From Octopus bimaculoides (Eukaryota): a DNA stretch of 63,623 bases. The position numbers were made by a program, and so were the translations under genes. The stretch covers positions 125,626,297-125,689,919 of the forward strand of contig NC_068985.1 in assembly GCF_001194135.2 (NCBI RefSeq), in the 5' to 3' direction. The notes under the pieces are model-generated. The model was not told the origin of the DNA. It did no database searches and saw nothing but the letters and a program-made list of their open reading frames with translations. Below, piece by piece: positions 1 to 12,731 of the stretch. The first letter of the stretch is position 1, and each line of letters begins with the position of its first letter.

Positions 1-280
1 TGTGTGTGTGTATAACAGCGTTATAGCTCGCTTGAAGCATTGTAATATCGAAGAAGGTAAAAGAGAGAAAATAGAAAGTTTCCTTCAGTGCGGTAAGTTA
101 TATAAATCTTTTATATTTCAGGTGCAAAGCCCCATCTTCAGAAGAAAATCAGTTTGGGAAATGTCCAGTTATGAAGGTCCCATTCAAATCCCTTGGCATG
201 ACAATGACACTAACAAATGTCGTTCATGAATTTCCGAGGTTCGTAAGACTGATGAACTTTACGGCTCTAAGCTGAATATT

Positions 281-497
281 CTTTTCTACTCTATTCACAA
301 AGCCCGAAATTCTTGGTAAGGGGGCCAGTCCATTAGATCGATCCCAGTACGCAACTGGTGCTTAATTTATCGATCCCGAAAGGATGAAAGGCAAAGTCAA
401 CCTCAGTGGAATTTGAACTCAGAACGTAAAGACAGACGAAATACCGCGAAGTATTTCGCCCGGCGTGCTAACGTTTCTGCCAGCTCACTGCCTTGGA
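281..497 (-). mobile_element. Full-length tRNA-derived SINE (family A, Nin/Deu-domain-like) with 15-bp target-site duplication
   Basis: Minus strand reads AAGGCAGTGAGCTGGCAGAAACGTTAGC (A-box-like), GAGTTCAAATTCC (B box) and GCCTTTCATCCTTTCGGGATCGATAAA (Nin/Deu-like core). TCTAAGCTGAATATT occurs on both sides (266-280, 498-512). Confidence 0.9.
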
Positions 498-589
498 TCT
501 AAGCTGAATATTGCCAAAGTTGGCCGCTTGGAAAGTCCTGCTTGCAAAGCCTTACGGAAACGATACTATAAGGACCTTAATGTTCTCTT

Positions 590-856
590 TTAAGATTATG
601 AATTTGTATGAGATAGATGATAGCATGGACGAACAGTTTTGAAGAAGGAGTATCATAAAAAAAATATATAAGGGCAAACCTGCAGGTCTATGACAAAGTA
701 AACAGTGAACAGTGAAACCAAAGATTTTGTCAAGTTAAATATAGGTAATAAAACAGAGACACCAGTAAACGCTTTTATTACTTTTATCACATTTACTGCT
801 ATTGAGAATTTCGATATTAACGTAGTGTCTATTTTGAGAAAGATGGCGAAGGTTAG

Positions 857-892
<36 letters not shown>

Positions 893-1770
893 NNNNNNNN
901 NNNNNNNNNNNNNNNNNNNNNNNNNNNNNNNNNNNNNNNNNNNNNNNNNNNNNNNNNNNNNNNNNNNNNNNNNNNNNNNNNNNNNNNNNNNNNNNNNNNN
1001 NNNNNNNNNNNNNNNNNNNNNNNNNNNNNNNNNNNNNNNNNNNNNNNNNNNNNNNNNNNNNNNNNNNNNNNNNNNNNNNNNNNNNNNNNNNNNNNNNNNN
1101 NNNNNNNNNNNNNNNNNNNNNNNNNNNNNNNNNNNNNNNNNNNNNNNNNNNNNNNNNNNNNNNNNNNNNNNNNNNNNNNNNNNNNNNNNNNNNNNNNNNN
1201 NNNNNNNNNNNNNNNNNNNNNNNNNNNNNNNNNNNNNNNNNNNNNNNNNNNNNNNNNNNNNNNNNNNNNNNNNNNNNNNNNNNNNNNNNNNNNNNNNNNN
1301 NNNNNNNNNNNNNNNNNNNNNNNNNNNNNNNNNNNNNNNNNNNNNNNNNNNNNNNNNNNNNNNNNNNNNNNNNNNNNNNNNNNNNNNNNNNNNNNNNNNN
1401 NNNNATATATATACATATATATATATATATAGTGAGCATATACTTATGGAAATTACTAATAGTACTAGGAAAGCTTCTGATCTCGTCCTGTATGAAGTAA
1501 TTTTGTTTCAACAGGGTCAACAGCAGTGGCAGAGCCAGAGTTACTCAGTTTGACATCATGGCATTTTATTCATCGATTTCAAAAGAATTATTAGATCAGG
1601 CACCAGGTTTCGCGAGAAATATAACTGATATTTCAACCACAGACAAAGAAGTTATCGTGCACGGCAGAAAGACTCTTTATGATTAGGTTAACCTGGGTCA
1701 AACGCTTTGATCTAGTTGGTTCTATTGACGTGGGAATGATAGCTATTGATAACCGATCGAAAGCTCTGTT
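590..1770 (+). mobile_element. Decayed Penelope-like (PLE) reverse transcriptase relic, split by a (TA)n tract and an N-gap
   Basis: 1549-1686 translates FDIMAFYSSISKELLDQAPGFARNITDISTTDKEVIVHGRKTLYD*, then WVKR..DVGM. This matches the PLE RT pattern FDI.EFYPSIS.ELL.KAL.FA...ARKSLLF..W.K...FDV.MG. Upstream NAFITF (about 768-785) resembles AFITLKDHK. Stops and frameshifts present. Confidence 0.6.
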
Positions 1771-2249
1771 AGCATGAAATGGAAATTATGTTTCTATATG
1801 TCCATTGTGGTACGGAAACCATTGAAGCTAGTGAGAGGTGGGTAAGTTCAACTCGCATTCAGAGTCGACTTAAATGTCTTTCATATGCAGTGTGTGCAAT
1901 CAATACTGATTTTCTGGAGATGCAATGTTACGGGAGCGGAATATGACAGGAGACGGTGATTTGGTTGACAGGGGAAAGGATATCCCATAAAACAATATAG
2001 TGGCTATTTGAAAGAAGGAAAGAAAAAGACTGCTACCAGTTCATATCTGGAGAACTTTCATAGGGCATATGCTGCTTATGGGAGCAAGATGAGGAGTAAA
2101 AAGGTTAGACATTAACCGGTGGAGTTGGAAGAACCTTATCACCTATGTACCAATGGAGGTGGGCGGACATTAAGTACTTTGGGGTACTTTTTATGAAGAA
2201 GTTTTAAAGTTGTTCGGTGTTAAAGATCAAGAGATATCTATATTTTACG

Positions 2250-2561
2250 TATTACTTGAGCATCCGCTCTATTCGCCAGATTTAGCACCTGTAAACTTCC
2301 ATCTCTTCCCCAAGATGAAAATGCAGCTCAAAGATCGCTGTTTTCACACCGTTGTCGAGATCCAGAGTGAATTACTGAAGGTCCTCAGCTCCCTTATGGA
2401 AAACGACTTCCAGGCCGGATTCCAAAAGCGGCAGTGATGTTGCAATTGGTGTGTTGCGCAAAGTAGCTATTTCGAAAGTGATGATGTTAAAACTTAGGTA
2501 GACAAGTTATGTCTTTTTATTACACATAGCTAGTCCTGGAGCTTTTTGATACCACCTTGTA
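2250..2561 (+). mobile_element. Mariner transposon 3' fragment (transposase C-terminus plus right TIR)
   Basis: ORF 2210-2437 contains HPLYSPDLAPVNFHLFPKMK..L (mariner YSPDLAP motif). TIR GTCCTGGAGCTTTTTGATACCACCTTG followed by TA at 2560-2561; about 25/30 identical to the left TIR at 20462. Confidence 0.9.
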
Positions 2562-3444
2562 AATAATAAGAATACAAGCTGATATCAGTATCGTTAAAGC
2601 GTCGCACACAATTTAACAGTCTTTTCCCACCATTTTAAAAATTGTGGTACAAGATTACATGATTACAGATTAATTGCTTAAACACTTGGTTGTTACACTC
2701 GTACCTCAACTACAGGAAAGTTTCAAGATCACCTGGAAATGTCACATGCAATAGGCTAACATTTTACTCACGCAATTATATGCTTCGTGTTAGCTTCATG
2801 CTAAGGAATAAGAGGTTCTCAGAAGCCTATTAAAAATCATTGTACAAACTTTTCTAATATGTCCTTCCTCTTTTAAATATAGTACGGTGCGAGTTTTAAA
2901 AAAAAAGCTGATATTTCCAGTATGTCGAGCGACTACGTAAAGGCTCCATCATTGGTTCATGCGAGTGTTGCCACTTTTGTTATTTAACACCACATTAACC
3001 CTGATCAAATACACCATGACTAACCTATCTTTTGCCTGTGTACAAAGAACCTCGGAACATATCTCAAACGTACACATTTCTAATGCAGCAGGGCTGAAAT
3101 TTCTCGCAAACCGAATGACCAAGTTGAGACTCTCTTACTGGCATGTGGGATTGAGGTGTAGTGGATGATGCTTAAAATAATGTTCTCTATGACCGAGCAA
3201 CTTCTTGCAAAATATTATTTATTAATAGGATGTGAACGACATATTTTATCTGTCAGTCAAATAACCTGCCCTACTGACAGTCAGTTGCTTTGATTGTTTC
3301 TTTGTTTGTTTATAAGTTTCCTCCTTTTCCCCGTCCACTTAATTTATGACTAAATACTTGTATCATACCATCACGAACATCTTTCAATCTCATATATGTG
3401 GACGTGTGCGCGCGCGTGCGTATGTTTACATGCATATATATATG

Positions 3445-3491
<47 letters not shown>

Positions 3492-4159
3492 AGTTCTATT
3501 TATGAAATATTGCCGTCATTTTTATCATTTAGAATATATCCTATGTTTAACACTTCAGTATTTCCAAACTGAATAATTCAATGTATCCAGTGGAAATCAC
3601 AAAAAAAAAAAATAATAAATAATAATAAAGACTTAATATAAAAATATAAATGAAAACAAAATGAGGTAGCAAATAACTGCTTTCAACCTAATGACCCCTG
3701 CAAAAAGCAGAAAAGATGTTAAACTGATAATAATGGGACACTGTTAATATAGTAAATAATAACAAGAAAAGAACATGAAAGATAAGATTACAAGAATAAA
3801 ATAAATTAAACGAATAACTAAATCATGCCCAACCCCCCAGACACCCACCAAATCCACATGTAGCAAAAATGACGACGAAGCTTTAAACGGAAGTAGGCGG
3901 GACAGAGTGAGACGGGATCATGGAGGACTACGTCTGTATTTTAGCATCTAATGTTTCGAATAAATGCAACGTTCTGGAAACGGATCTGAAATTTCAATGA
4001 ACCAAAATGAATGATCTCTTAGAAAAAGTAAAAAAAAAAACAAAAAAAAAACAAGAAAGAACTGAATTTGAAACCGAATATATTCTTTACACGGTGGCCG
4101 CTGTGAGAGCCAAATCAGCGACGACAATAACAACATCGACAGCTAGGGTTTAGTTGCTT

Positions 4160-4505
4160 ATATTAACGTCAGTGCTCAACTAGTACGAAACATTTTTACA
4201 TCGAAAGGCAAAGTCAAACTCAACAGAATTTGAACATAGAACATTAAACCGGAAGAAATACCGTTAAGCACATCCGAAGTGCAAACAATTCTACTTACTC
4301 ATTGCTTTTGATAATAATGTTTTCTGCTGTTGGCAAAAAGCCCGGAATTGTTGGGAGAAGGGGCTTGTCGATAGCATCGACTTCAATTTGTTCTTATTTC
4401 AGTGACACCGAAATGATGGTACGCAAAGTCGACATTGGTGGAATTTGAACTGAGAACGTAAAGCCAAGAGAAATAGCGCTAAGCATTTTGTCCGACGCGC
4501 TAATA
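4160..4505 (-). mobile_element. Two adjacent degraded family A SINE copies
   Basis: GAAAGGCAAAGTCAAACTCAACAGAATTTGAAC (about 4203) and GCAAAGTCGACATTGGTGGAATTTGAACTGAGAACGT (about 4423) match the family A core in reverse. Confidence 0.75.
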
Positions 4506-5468
4506 GATCTATCTTTCTATCTATCTATCTATCTATCTATANNNNNNNNNNNNNNNNNNNNNNNNNNNNNNNNNNNNNNNNNNNNNNNNNNNNNNNNNNN
4601 NNNNNNNNNNNNNNNNNNNNNNNNNNNNNNNNNNNNNNNNNNNNNNNNNNNNNNNNNNNNNNNNNNNNNNNNNNNNNNNNNNNNNNNNNNNNNNNNNNNN
4701 NNNNNNNNNNNNNNNNNNNNNNNNNNNNNNNNNNNNNNNNNNNNNNNNNNNNNNNNNNNNNNNNNNNNNNNNNNNNNNNNNNNNNNNNNNNNNNNNNNNN
4801 NNNNNNNNNNNNNNNNNNNNNNNNNNNNNNNNNNNNNNNNNNNNNNNNNNNNNNNNNNNNNNNNNNNNNNNNNNNNNNNNNNNNNNNNNNNNNNNNNNNN
4901 NNNNNNNNNNNNNNNNNNNNNNNNNNNNNNNNNNNNNNNNNNNNNNNNNNNNNNNNNNNNNNNNNNNNNNNNNNNNNNNNNNNNNNNNNNNNNNNNNNNN
5001 NNNNNNNNNNNNNNNNNNNNNNNNNNNNNNNNNNNNNNNNNNNNNNNNNNNNNNNNNNNNNNNNNNNNNNNNNNNNNNNNNNNNNNNNNNNNNNNNNNNN
5101 NNNNNNNNNNNNNNNNNNNNNNNNNNNNNNNNNNNNNNNNNNNNNNNNNNNNNNNNNNNNNNNNNNNNNNNNNNNNNNNNNNNNNNNNNNNNNNNNNNNN
5201 NNNNNNNNNNNNNNNNNNNNNNNNNNNNNNNNNNNNNNNNNNNNNNNNNNNNNNNNNNNNNNNNNNNNNNNNNNNNNNNNNNNNNNNNNNNNNNNNNNNN
5301 NNNNNNNNNNNNNNNNNNNNNNNNNNNNNNNNNNNNNNNNNNNNNNNNNNNNNNNNNNNNNNNNNNNNNNNNNNNNNNNNNNNNNNNNNNNNNNNNNNNN
5401 NNNNNNNNNNNNNNNNNNNNNNNNNNNNNNNNNNNNNNNNNNNNNNNNNNNNNNNNNNNNNNNNNNNN

Positions 5469-5519
<51 letters not shown>

Positions 5520-5881
5520 GTGTGTGTGCGGTTGTGTATGTATGTATAAATGTACAAGCATATATTATTACACTATGCGGTATTAGTGTTTCGTGAATGT
5601 GCTTATACAAAAGTACATGAAAATAGACATACATATATATGCATGTGTGGATGTGTGTGTATGTGTACATGTGTGTATATAGATATATATACATATTCAC
5701 ACGCATACACGCGCACAAAAAGAAACAGCTTTCTTTATGCAAGAGAACCGTTTATTTATATATAGTTGCAAGCATACATACGGCACGTAAACACACACAC
5801 ACACACATACACACACATACACACACACAAATGTACGCTTTTACATATATATATAGGTGTACATGTACTTATATTTACATT

Positions 5882-5912
<31 letters not shown>

Positions 5913-6450
5913 GTATATATGTATATATGTATATATACACTCACACACACACACACACTCACATACATATATATACTTGTGTCTGTGTGTATGTCTGCGT
6001 GCGTGTGTGTATGTGTGTGTATGCGTGAAGTGAATATATAAATGCATTCATGAATGCAAGTAAATATGTATATATTTACTTATAGCTAAGCAAACTAATA
6101 TACTACTATATACACACATATAGATTTAAGTACATACATCCACATATTTGTACACACACACACACACTCAGACACATAGATACGCACAAAATTGGTCTGG
6201 GGAGTGATTGACGCATTTCACAAACTCATAAAGACTCCACAATTGCTGAATATTGTATATTTACATTAGATCAGTACAACTATTTGGATTTATAATTTAC
6301 AAGGGTCATGGGTTTTAGGTTAGGTGAACTAATTCCACAATGTAATAATTTGATACATTCCTACATACATACATACATGTATAAACGTTTTTATGTATAA
6401 GACATATATACAACAATATATATATACATATATATATATGTATATATATA

Positions 6451-6580
6451 TCAGGTCATCCCATAAATTCTGTCCGAATTTTGAATAAAGAACACAAGTG
6501 ATCAAATGTTATATTTAATTGAAATTTAATCATCAATGTACTTTCCCTGATTATCTAGTACTTCCTTCCATCTATTTACA
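6451..6580 (-). mobile_element. Mariner right end (TIR plus last transposase codons)
   Basis: Minus strand encodes VNRWKEVLDNQGKYIDD*, the typical mariner C-terminal RW..V....G.Y. It ends at TIR TCAGGTCATCCCATAAATTCTGTCCG next to TA. Confidence 0.7.
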
Positions 6581-6691
6581 GGCTTCAGGTGTTTTCGCTC
6601 AATAAACACTCACAACGCCCGGTCTGGGAATCGAAACCGCAATCCTATGACCGCGAGTCCGCTGCCCGAACCACTGGGCCATTGCGCCTCC
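6581..6691 (-). mobile_element. 5' part of a tRNA-derived SINE (family D)
   Basis: Minus strand GGAGGCGCAATGGCCCAGTGGTTCGGGCAGCGGACTCGCGGTCATAGGATTGCGGTTTCGATTCCCAGACC has A and B boxes and a tRNA-like head, followed by a non-tRNA body. Confidence 0.8.
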
Positions 6692-7384
6692 ACGCTGGAA
6701 GACTATAGTAAATAAATCCCTTGTTTCCTGTCTATGTTATATATTAGAAATATACGTACGTGTGCGCGCGCGTGTGTTAACCCGCCTCGTGGTCACTAAT
6801 GATAAGAGGCACTCCAATTGACTCTTGCGTTCTTTTTTAACGTTATATATTCTATTGTTCAATGCTTTCTTCTTGCTTTAAAGCAATTGGATGTGTTATT
6901 TCAGGGAGATTTAGTTGTTTATTTTTACATTGAAGTGCCCTGTGATAAATCCCATCCATTCTTGACCATCCTTTGTTTTTATATATCAATAAGTATATTG
7001 TATACAACTTCTAAGTTATTATAGAATGAATTTACATAAATTTGGCTGCTATTTCTTGTAGGTTTATTTATAGCGTTTAATATATTTTAATTGTTGTTTT
7101 GTCTTTGTGATTTCCGATTGAGAATAATTATGATGAAATGCATACCAGCCTTAAGCATTCTATCCTTTTTTGCATATACGAAAGACTGTCTAATGTCTCC
7201 TTCATTTTTAAACTATAGAGTGAGTGATTTCAGAGAGAACAACACAAAACTGCTGCAGTCCTTCCCTTCTCCAGTGTAGGATATTTCATTTAAAATATAT
7301 TCCAGGATGTCTCGATGTATGATGTTAAGATAAAGATATCTACTGTGCGATTAACGAGAGAAAGAGATCGAAATGTCTGTTTCT

Positions 7385-7670
7385 TCTCGGAGAAATATGA
7401 ACTCAAAACACAGACGGGCGAAGTGCCGCTTAGTATTTTGTTCGGCGTGCTAACAACTCCGTCAGCTGGCTGCCTTTATAATAATGATACGAATAATCTG
7501 TTCCTCTTTGGACACAAGGCCTGAAATTTTGTGGAATAGTCGGTTATATCAACCCTAGTACTCAACTGGCATTTACTTTATCGACTCCGAAAGGATGAAA
7601 GATAGAGGTGAACTCACCAGGATTTGAACTCACAATGTAATGGGCTGGAATAAATATGCAATACCATTTT
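7385..7670 (-). mobile_element. Degraded family A SINE copies (head fragment plus near-full copy)
   Basis: TATGAACTCAAAACACAGACGGGCGAAGTGCCGCTTAGT and TTTATCGACTCCGAAAGGATGAAAGATAG motifs. Confidence 0.7.
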
Positions 7671-7755
7671 TTCAACGCTGTAGTTCAGAGTTTCGCAAAG
7701 TGAGACAGAGCAATAAGGTTAGAATGGATTATAAGTAACAAGTCAATAAAACCTG

Positions 7756-7806
<51 letters not shown>

Positions 7807-8314
7807 CGTGCTATGTACCAACCTTGTCCGTTCTTGGAGGGGGAAGAGGTATTTCCTTTTCTTTATGGAAATCGAAGTAGGGAAGTGGGTCAAATCGGTT
7901 AAAGCACACCGGTCTTGTGTTTCTGCCATATTATAAAGAGAAGAAGAAGAAGGGGGAAGAGGTGGAGGAAGAGGAGGGGGTGGAAGTTATATTTAATTTA
8001 GAATAAAACAAGAGTGGATAATAGATCATTATTTTCATGTCCGCAGCAGTTAATCAAACGTTCGAATATTAACAACAAATCTCACATTTCAGACATTTTT
8101 CTTCTAAACAAGTCGACTCATTCTCTTTGAGTGAAATTTGGTAGACGGAAATCTTGTATTGTAACTCAAGTTTCAGTATGTCACGCTGCTTCTACTTTAG
8201 AATTACGTTGATGGTACGTGAGTTTGTGAAATACTAGGCCACAATTGCCCCATGGGGATTGAGTTTATAAACCAAGTTGCACTACAAACACACAGAAATT
8301 AGCATTTATATATT

Positions 8315-8375
<61 letters not shown>

Positions 8376-8399
8376 ATATATATACATATATATACATAG

Positions 8400-8433
<34 letters not shown>

Positions 8434-8689
8434 GCACGTATGGATACAGGATGCCAGCAAATGTGTAAAAAATATGAAGTACGAAAACAAACGACTTAAA
8501 TACGCAAACAACGAGAGAAAAAACGGAAAACATGACAAGTAACACAGAGAACAACCCTTCATCAGTTGTCGGCTGTCTATCTACGCCTCATTTCGATCAT
8601 TGAACGACAATATGAGTCTTCAAAGACAGTTGCTCCCTTAGATTCCAAAATAAAATTTTGGATTTACGGAGGGTGAAAGTCGGGAATAG

Positions 8690-9041
8690 AAACAGGACAG
8701 TGGAGACATACAAGGAAACCGAACGGAAACAAACATGGGGAGGGGGTCGTTAGATCAGAACGAAGGTAAAATAGCGAACGCTGGGGAAATATTTTCTTTG
8801 AAAAGAGAAATGATAGAAGAGAGAGGTAGAATACGTCCAGTCCTTAGGACAGTCCTGAAGGAAAAGAAAGATGATCACGTGAGGGGGAGAGAAAGAGACA
8901 GATGCGTGGCGTTCAGTCAAATAATAATAAAAATAGACCAAAACGAGAAGAAAATAGTGAACGCTGGGAGAAATGTTTTCTTTGAAAAAAGAAAAGAGAG
9001 AAAGAAAACGTCCTTCCTTGTATGTCTCCACTGTCCTGTTT
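8690..9041. repeat. Exact 28-bp inverted repeat enclosing an imperfect 65-100 bp direct duplication
   Basis: AAACAGGACAGTGGAGACATACAAGGAA (8690-8717) is the exact reverse complement of 9014-9041. GAAAATAG(C/T)GAACGCTGGG..AAAT.TTTTCTTTGAAAA occurs twice inside (about 8765 and 8948). Confidence 0.85.
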
Positions 9042-9179
9042 TTGTTCATAACTTTGACCCTGATATGCTTCCAATCTGGCATTTATTTTAACTGCTAACT
9101 TTGAGGCATACTGGGAGACAATATTCGATTTAACAAACAATTTAAAGACACGTGCGCACACACATATTAGTTACAAGAA

Positions 9180-9350
9180 TGACTGTGGGGTTGAGAAGTT
9201 TGCTTCCCAACTACATGGTTCTATGTTTAGTCCCTCCGCATGGTACCTTCGGCGAGTGTTTACTGCTATAGCTTTAGGCCAACACCAAACATGTGACTGA
9301 GTTTGGTAGACGGAGACTGCAGCGTTGCTCATCAGAAAATGACCGAAAAG
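9180..9350 (+). mobile_element. Degraded family B SINE (tRNA-related head, CORE/V-like body)
   Basis: GACTGTGGGGTTGAGAAGTTTGCTTCCCAACTACATGGTTC...TTTGGTAGACGGAGACTG aligns with the copies at 26168 and 62465. Confidence 0.7.
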
Positions 9351-10509
9351 CATGTTTATAAAGAAGAGTTGTTTGCTTCACACTCCTCGTGTACCAATTC
9401 TGCCCAAAAGAAAGGAACAAATAATACAGTGTGGCTGTAGGAGAAATTAAATTAAATGTCTTTTAAAAATATTTCCTTAGTTTTCAAATGTAAGGGACAT
9501 ATCTGTAAACATGACAGACATTCTTTCACTGGACCAAAGCAATCCTTCGAATTTCGTCATTAATTTAAAAAACTTACAAAACTTTATTCTTATCAGAGAG
9601 AATTGTCTGTTGTTGACATCATAAGAAACGAGTCGCAATGGCAGCCTTCAAATATTACTAACCAACGGGATTTAAACTCAATATTTAATTTATTATTATT
9701 TATATTATTCAGAGCTTTATCTGGTTCGAGCTTTGCTGCTCTAAAACTGAATTGTTTCATGTTCTCTGGAAGTTCCTTAAGTTTCATGACGCCTACAATA
9801 TGTGTGTGTGTATACACATATACATACAGACATATATGTATGTATGTATGTATACATGCATGCATGCATGCATGTATGTATGTATTTATGTATGTATGTA
9901 TTCGCACGCACATCCACACACTCATACACATTCAGAGGCCATCTACTGTAGGAACGCCAAATTAGAACAACGTCTTGATATCACAAATCATAACAACAAT
10001 ATCGTTAATAAAAATTTCCAACATGCATAAAGCTACATATTGTGGGAGAGAACACTATCGACAAATTGACAGATTCCAGTATTTCGTTTCCGGAATCGAA
10101 GAATGAGAAAATCATTCGCACCACAAATCGAACCTGTCAGTCGAACCTAACTAGCTTACTTCATTCTACAACAAAATGTATTATGGTTTCTTCCTTGAAA
10201 TACCTTCACTTGTCCTTGCAACAATATCATTAATCATTGTATCTAATTTAGGTACGAGTAATTTTGGAGGAAGCACTTTCGGCGAGATCATGAACCACGA
10301 ATAAATTATTTGTAGAAATTCGTTATTAGCGACGGAAGCAGTATTAGTTCAGAATAGTATTCTGTATATCTAACTTAGCGAAGAAAGCCACACAACTGCG
10401 GTATTTGTCTCGAGAAAGAATCCTGTGTAGACGTATTGTGCTAAAAAGCACAGAAGTATGTCAGAAGTAGACAAAAAGCGTTCAGTAGAGGCGGTGAAGT
10501 TGCTAAATC

Positions 10510-10680
10510 CTGATTTCCGCTTATTTGAGTGTTATTAGTACTTCATTTTATCGATACCGGAGGGATGAAAGCAAAGTTGACTGCGGTCAATTTTTAACGC
10601 AGAACAAAAAGAGCCGGAACAAATACTGTAAACATTTCCCCGACGCTTTAATCTTTTTTACCACCCTAAAAATGGCATTA
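10510..10680 (-). mobile_element. Degraded family A SINE
   Basis: TTTTATCGATACCGGAGGGATGAAAGCAAAGTTGACTGCGG core. Confidence 0.7.
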
Positions 10681-11641
10681 ATAATAACGACGATAAAAAA
10701 CAATGCAAATAGCTAACATAGGAAGATGCCTGTATTTTGTTGATTGATCGATTTGAAATAATCGTCATTTTGTTTCTTCATATCATATACTGTACTGGCT
10801 TTGATAAAAAATAAATACCGACTTGATAATATAATCCCAGATAGACTAAGTTTGAAGAACAATGATATAAACATTGTTTGAATGCCGATGATTATCAGTC
10901 TATGTGATCGGGGCTCACGTAGTGAAAACACGAGCTACAACAAAACAACAAAAACAATATCTTGTGAAATAACGAAATGAGCAATGATTAAAAATAACAA
11001 CAGAAACGTCAACAGCCAACAACTCAAAGGACACAACAACAGCAACAACAGCAACAACCACAGAACCAGCGAAATAATTAGAAACGAAACCGTAAAAGCA
11101 GCATCAACAACCACAACAGAAAAGAAAACCAAAAAGTCAAGAACAACAACGCAAAAAACATCACTAAAATCAAAGTGAGTAAAAAAGAAAGGCAAGCGGC
11201 ATCAACAACAAAATGACGGAAAAAATACACACAAGCTTGCCTCTTCATTTGCATGTAACTAAGAAAAATAAAACAAATTCATGAATAATAAAATTGATAG
11301 AGAGATAAAAGATGGTGATGAGGATAGGGTCGGAGGAGTATTAAATAGAATATTGATAAATTCCGACCCACTTAGTCACTTGGTTTAGATGTGATAATTA
11401 CGATCGTGCCAAGGGAAGTTGGAGAGAATTATCAATATGTTTCCTTCGTTAGAACTCAATACAGCAGCGAGGACAATAGTGAACAACACCACCATTAATA
11501 GCAGTAGCATCAAAAGCACAGGAAAAAGAACAACATATATTTACAAACGAGAGAGTGTGAGAGAGTGAGGGAGGGAGTGAGTGAGAGAAGGGGACAGAGG
11601 GAAAAGGAGACGAGAGAGTGAAAGAAAGAGAGAAAACTTAC

Positions 11642-11781
11642 TCGGGTTCGCGATTCCCTTTTCACCGGTGAAAACGGAAACGCGAAACGCTGAGTAGCGA
11701 CGAACAGCGTCGTCTTTGAATAAATATATAAACGCGTTTATTCGTATTGCAGGCGTTTGTTTTTTCGCTCGTTGGCAAATT

Positions 11782-11785
<4 letters not shown>
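11642..11785 (-). other. Candidate non-coding first exon / CpG-rich promoter-proximal segment
   Basis: CpG-dense stretch that I cannot assign to a repeat. On the minus strand it ends in CCCGA|GTAAGT (donor at 11641), followed by a pyrimidine tract. A T-rich acceptor (TTGTTTTTGTTGTTTTGTTGTAG|) lies at 10935. No expression evidence. Confidence 0.3.
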
Positions 11786-11815
<30 letters not shown>

Positions 11816-11887
11816 CACACACANNNNNNNNNNNNNNNNNNNNNNNNNNNNNNNNNNNNNNNNNNNNNNNNNNNNNNNNNNNNNNCA

Positions 11888-11928
<41 letters not shown>

Positions 11929-12731
11929 TCACTCACTCACTCGCTCACGCAAACACACAAGCACGCACGTACACAAACACACACGCAAACATACAAACAC
12001 GCACCACGCAGACAAACACACACGCAAACACACACACACATACATATTTGTACATGTACATCTACGTATATATGTATGTATATGTGTGCGTACCTGTGGG
12101 TATACACACACACAAACATATATATATGTATATTCATTACTATCTATATCCGTGTGTGTGTGTGTGTGCTCTTTCGCTTTAATTTAGAGATTATTTTGAC
12201 CGGCCACCTTCTTGGTGGCGAAGTTGTGAAGGAAGACATTTATTTTCCATAATCCTTTGAATCTTAAAGAAGTCTTCCAAGTTTCTATAAACCAAGAAAC
12301 CGTAATCATTTGTAACGCATATTAAAGAGTAGCGTTCTCTCTGCATGAACCCAAGTTCAGCCATATTTGCTCCAGACGTGTTGGTGCGTATCCCATTGTT
12401 CAAACAATAATACGTATGAAGCTGAAGTATGTATGTATGTATGTATGTATGCATGTATGTATGTATGTTTCAACTCTGCAACCCTTGTCACATCAACGTG
12501 ATGCCGTCAGTCCTGGTCTTTTCTTTATAGCCTCAGGAAGTTCTGTGTTGAACTTTTCTTATTCGTTCCGGCTCATTTTGGTGCCATCTCGTCAGACTCG
12601 AAGCTCACAACGTCTTCATCCAAATGTTATTTTGCTTCCACAAATAAGGAAGTCTTTCTACGGTTGTAGGTTGTTTTTTTAATTTTTATCTCGAGTTGCC
12701 TGACTTCAGAACTCTTATAACGGGTGGCCAT

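Noticed and set aside
8552-8640. Minus-strand CTGATGAAG and TTGAAGA..GAAA motifs as hammerhead ribozymes
   Set aside because: The first has no GAAA after helix II. The second has a mutated core, no helix III and a competing CTCAT/ATGAG pairing.
12200-12730. Possible LINE pre-RT relic on the minus strand (EAIKK..TDGIT)
   Set aside because: Only one short motif; too decayed to call.
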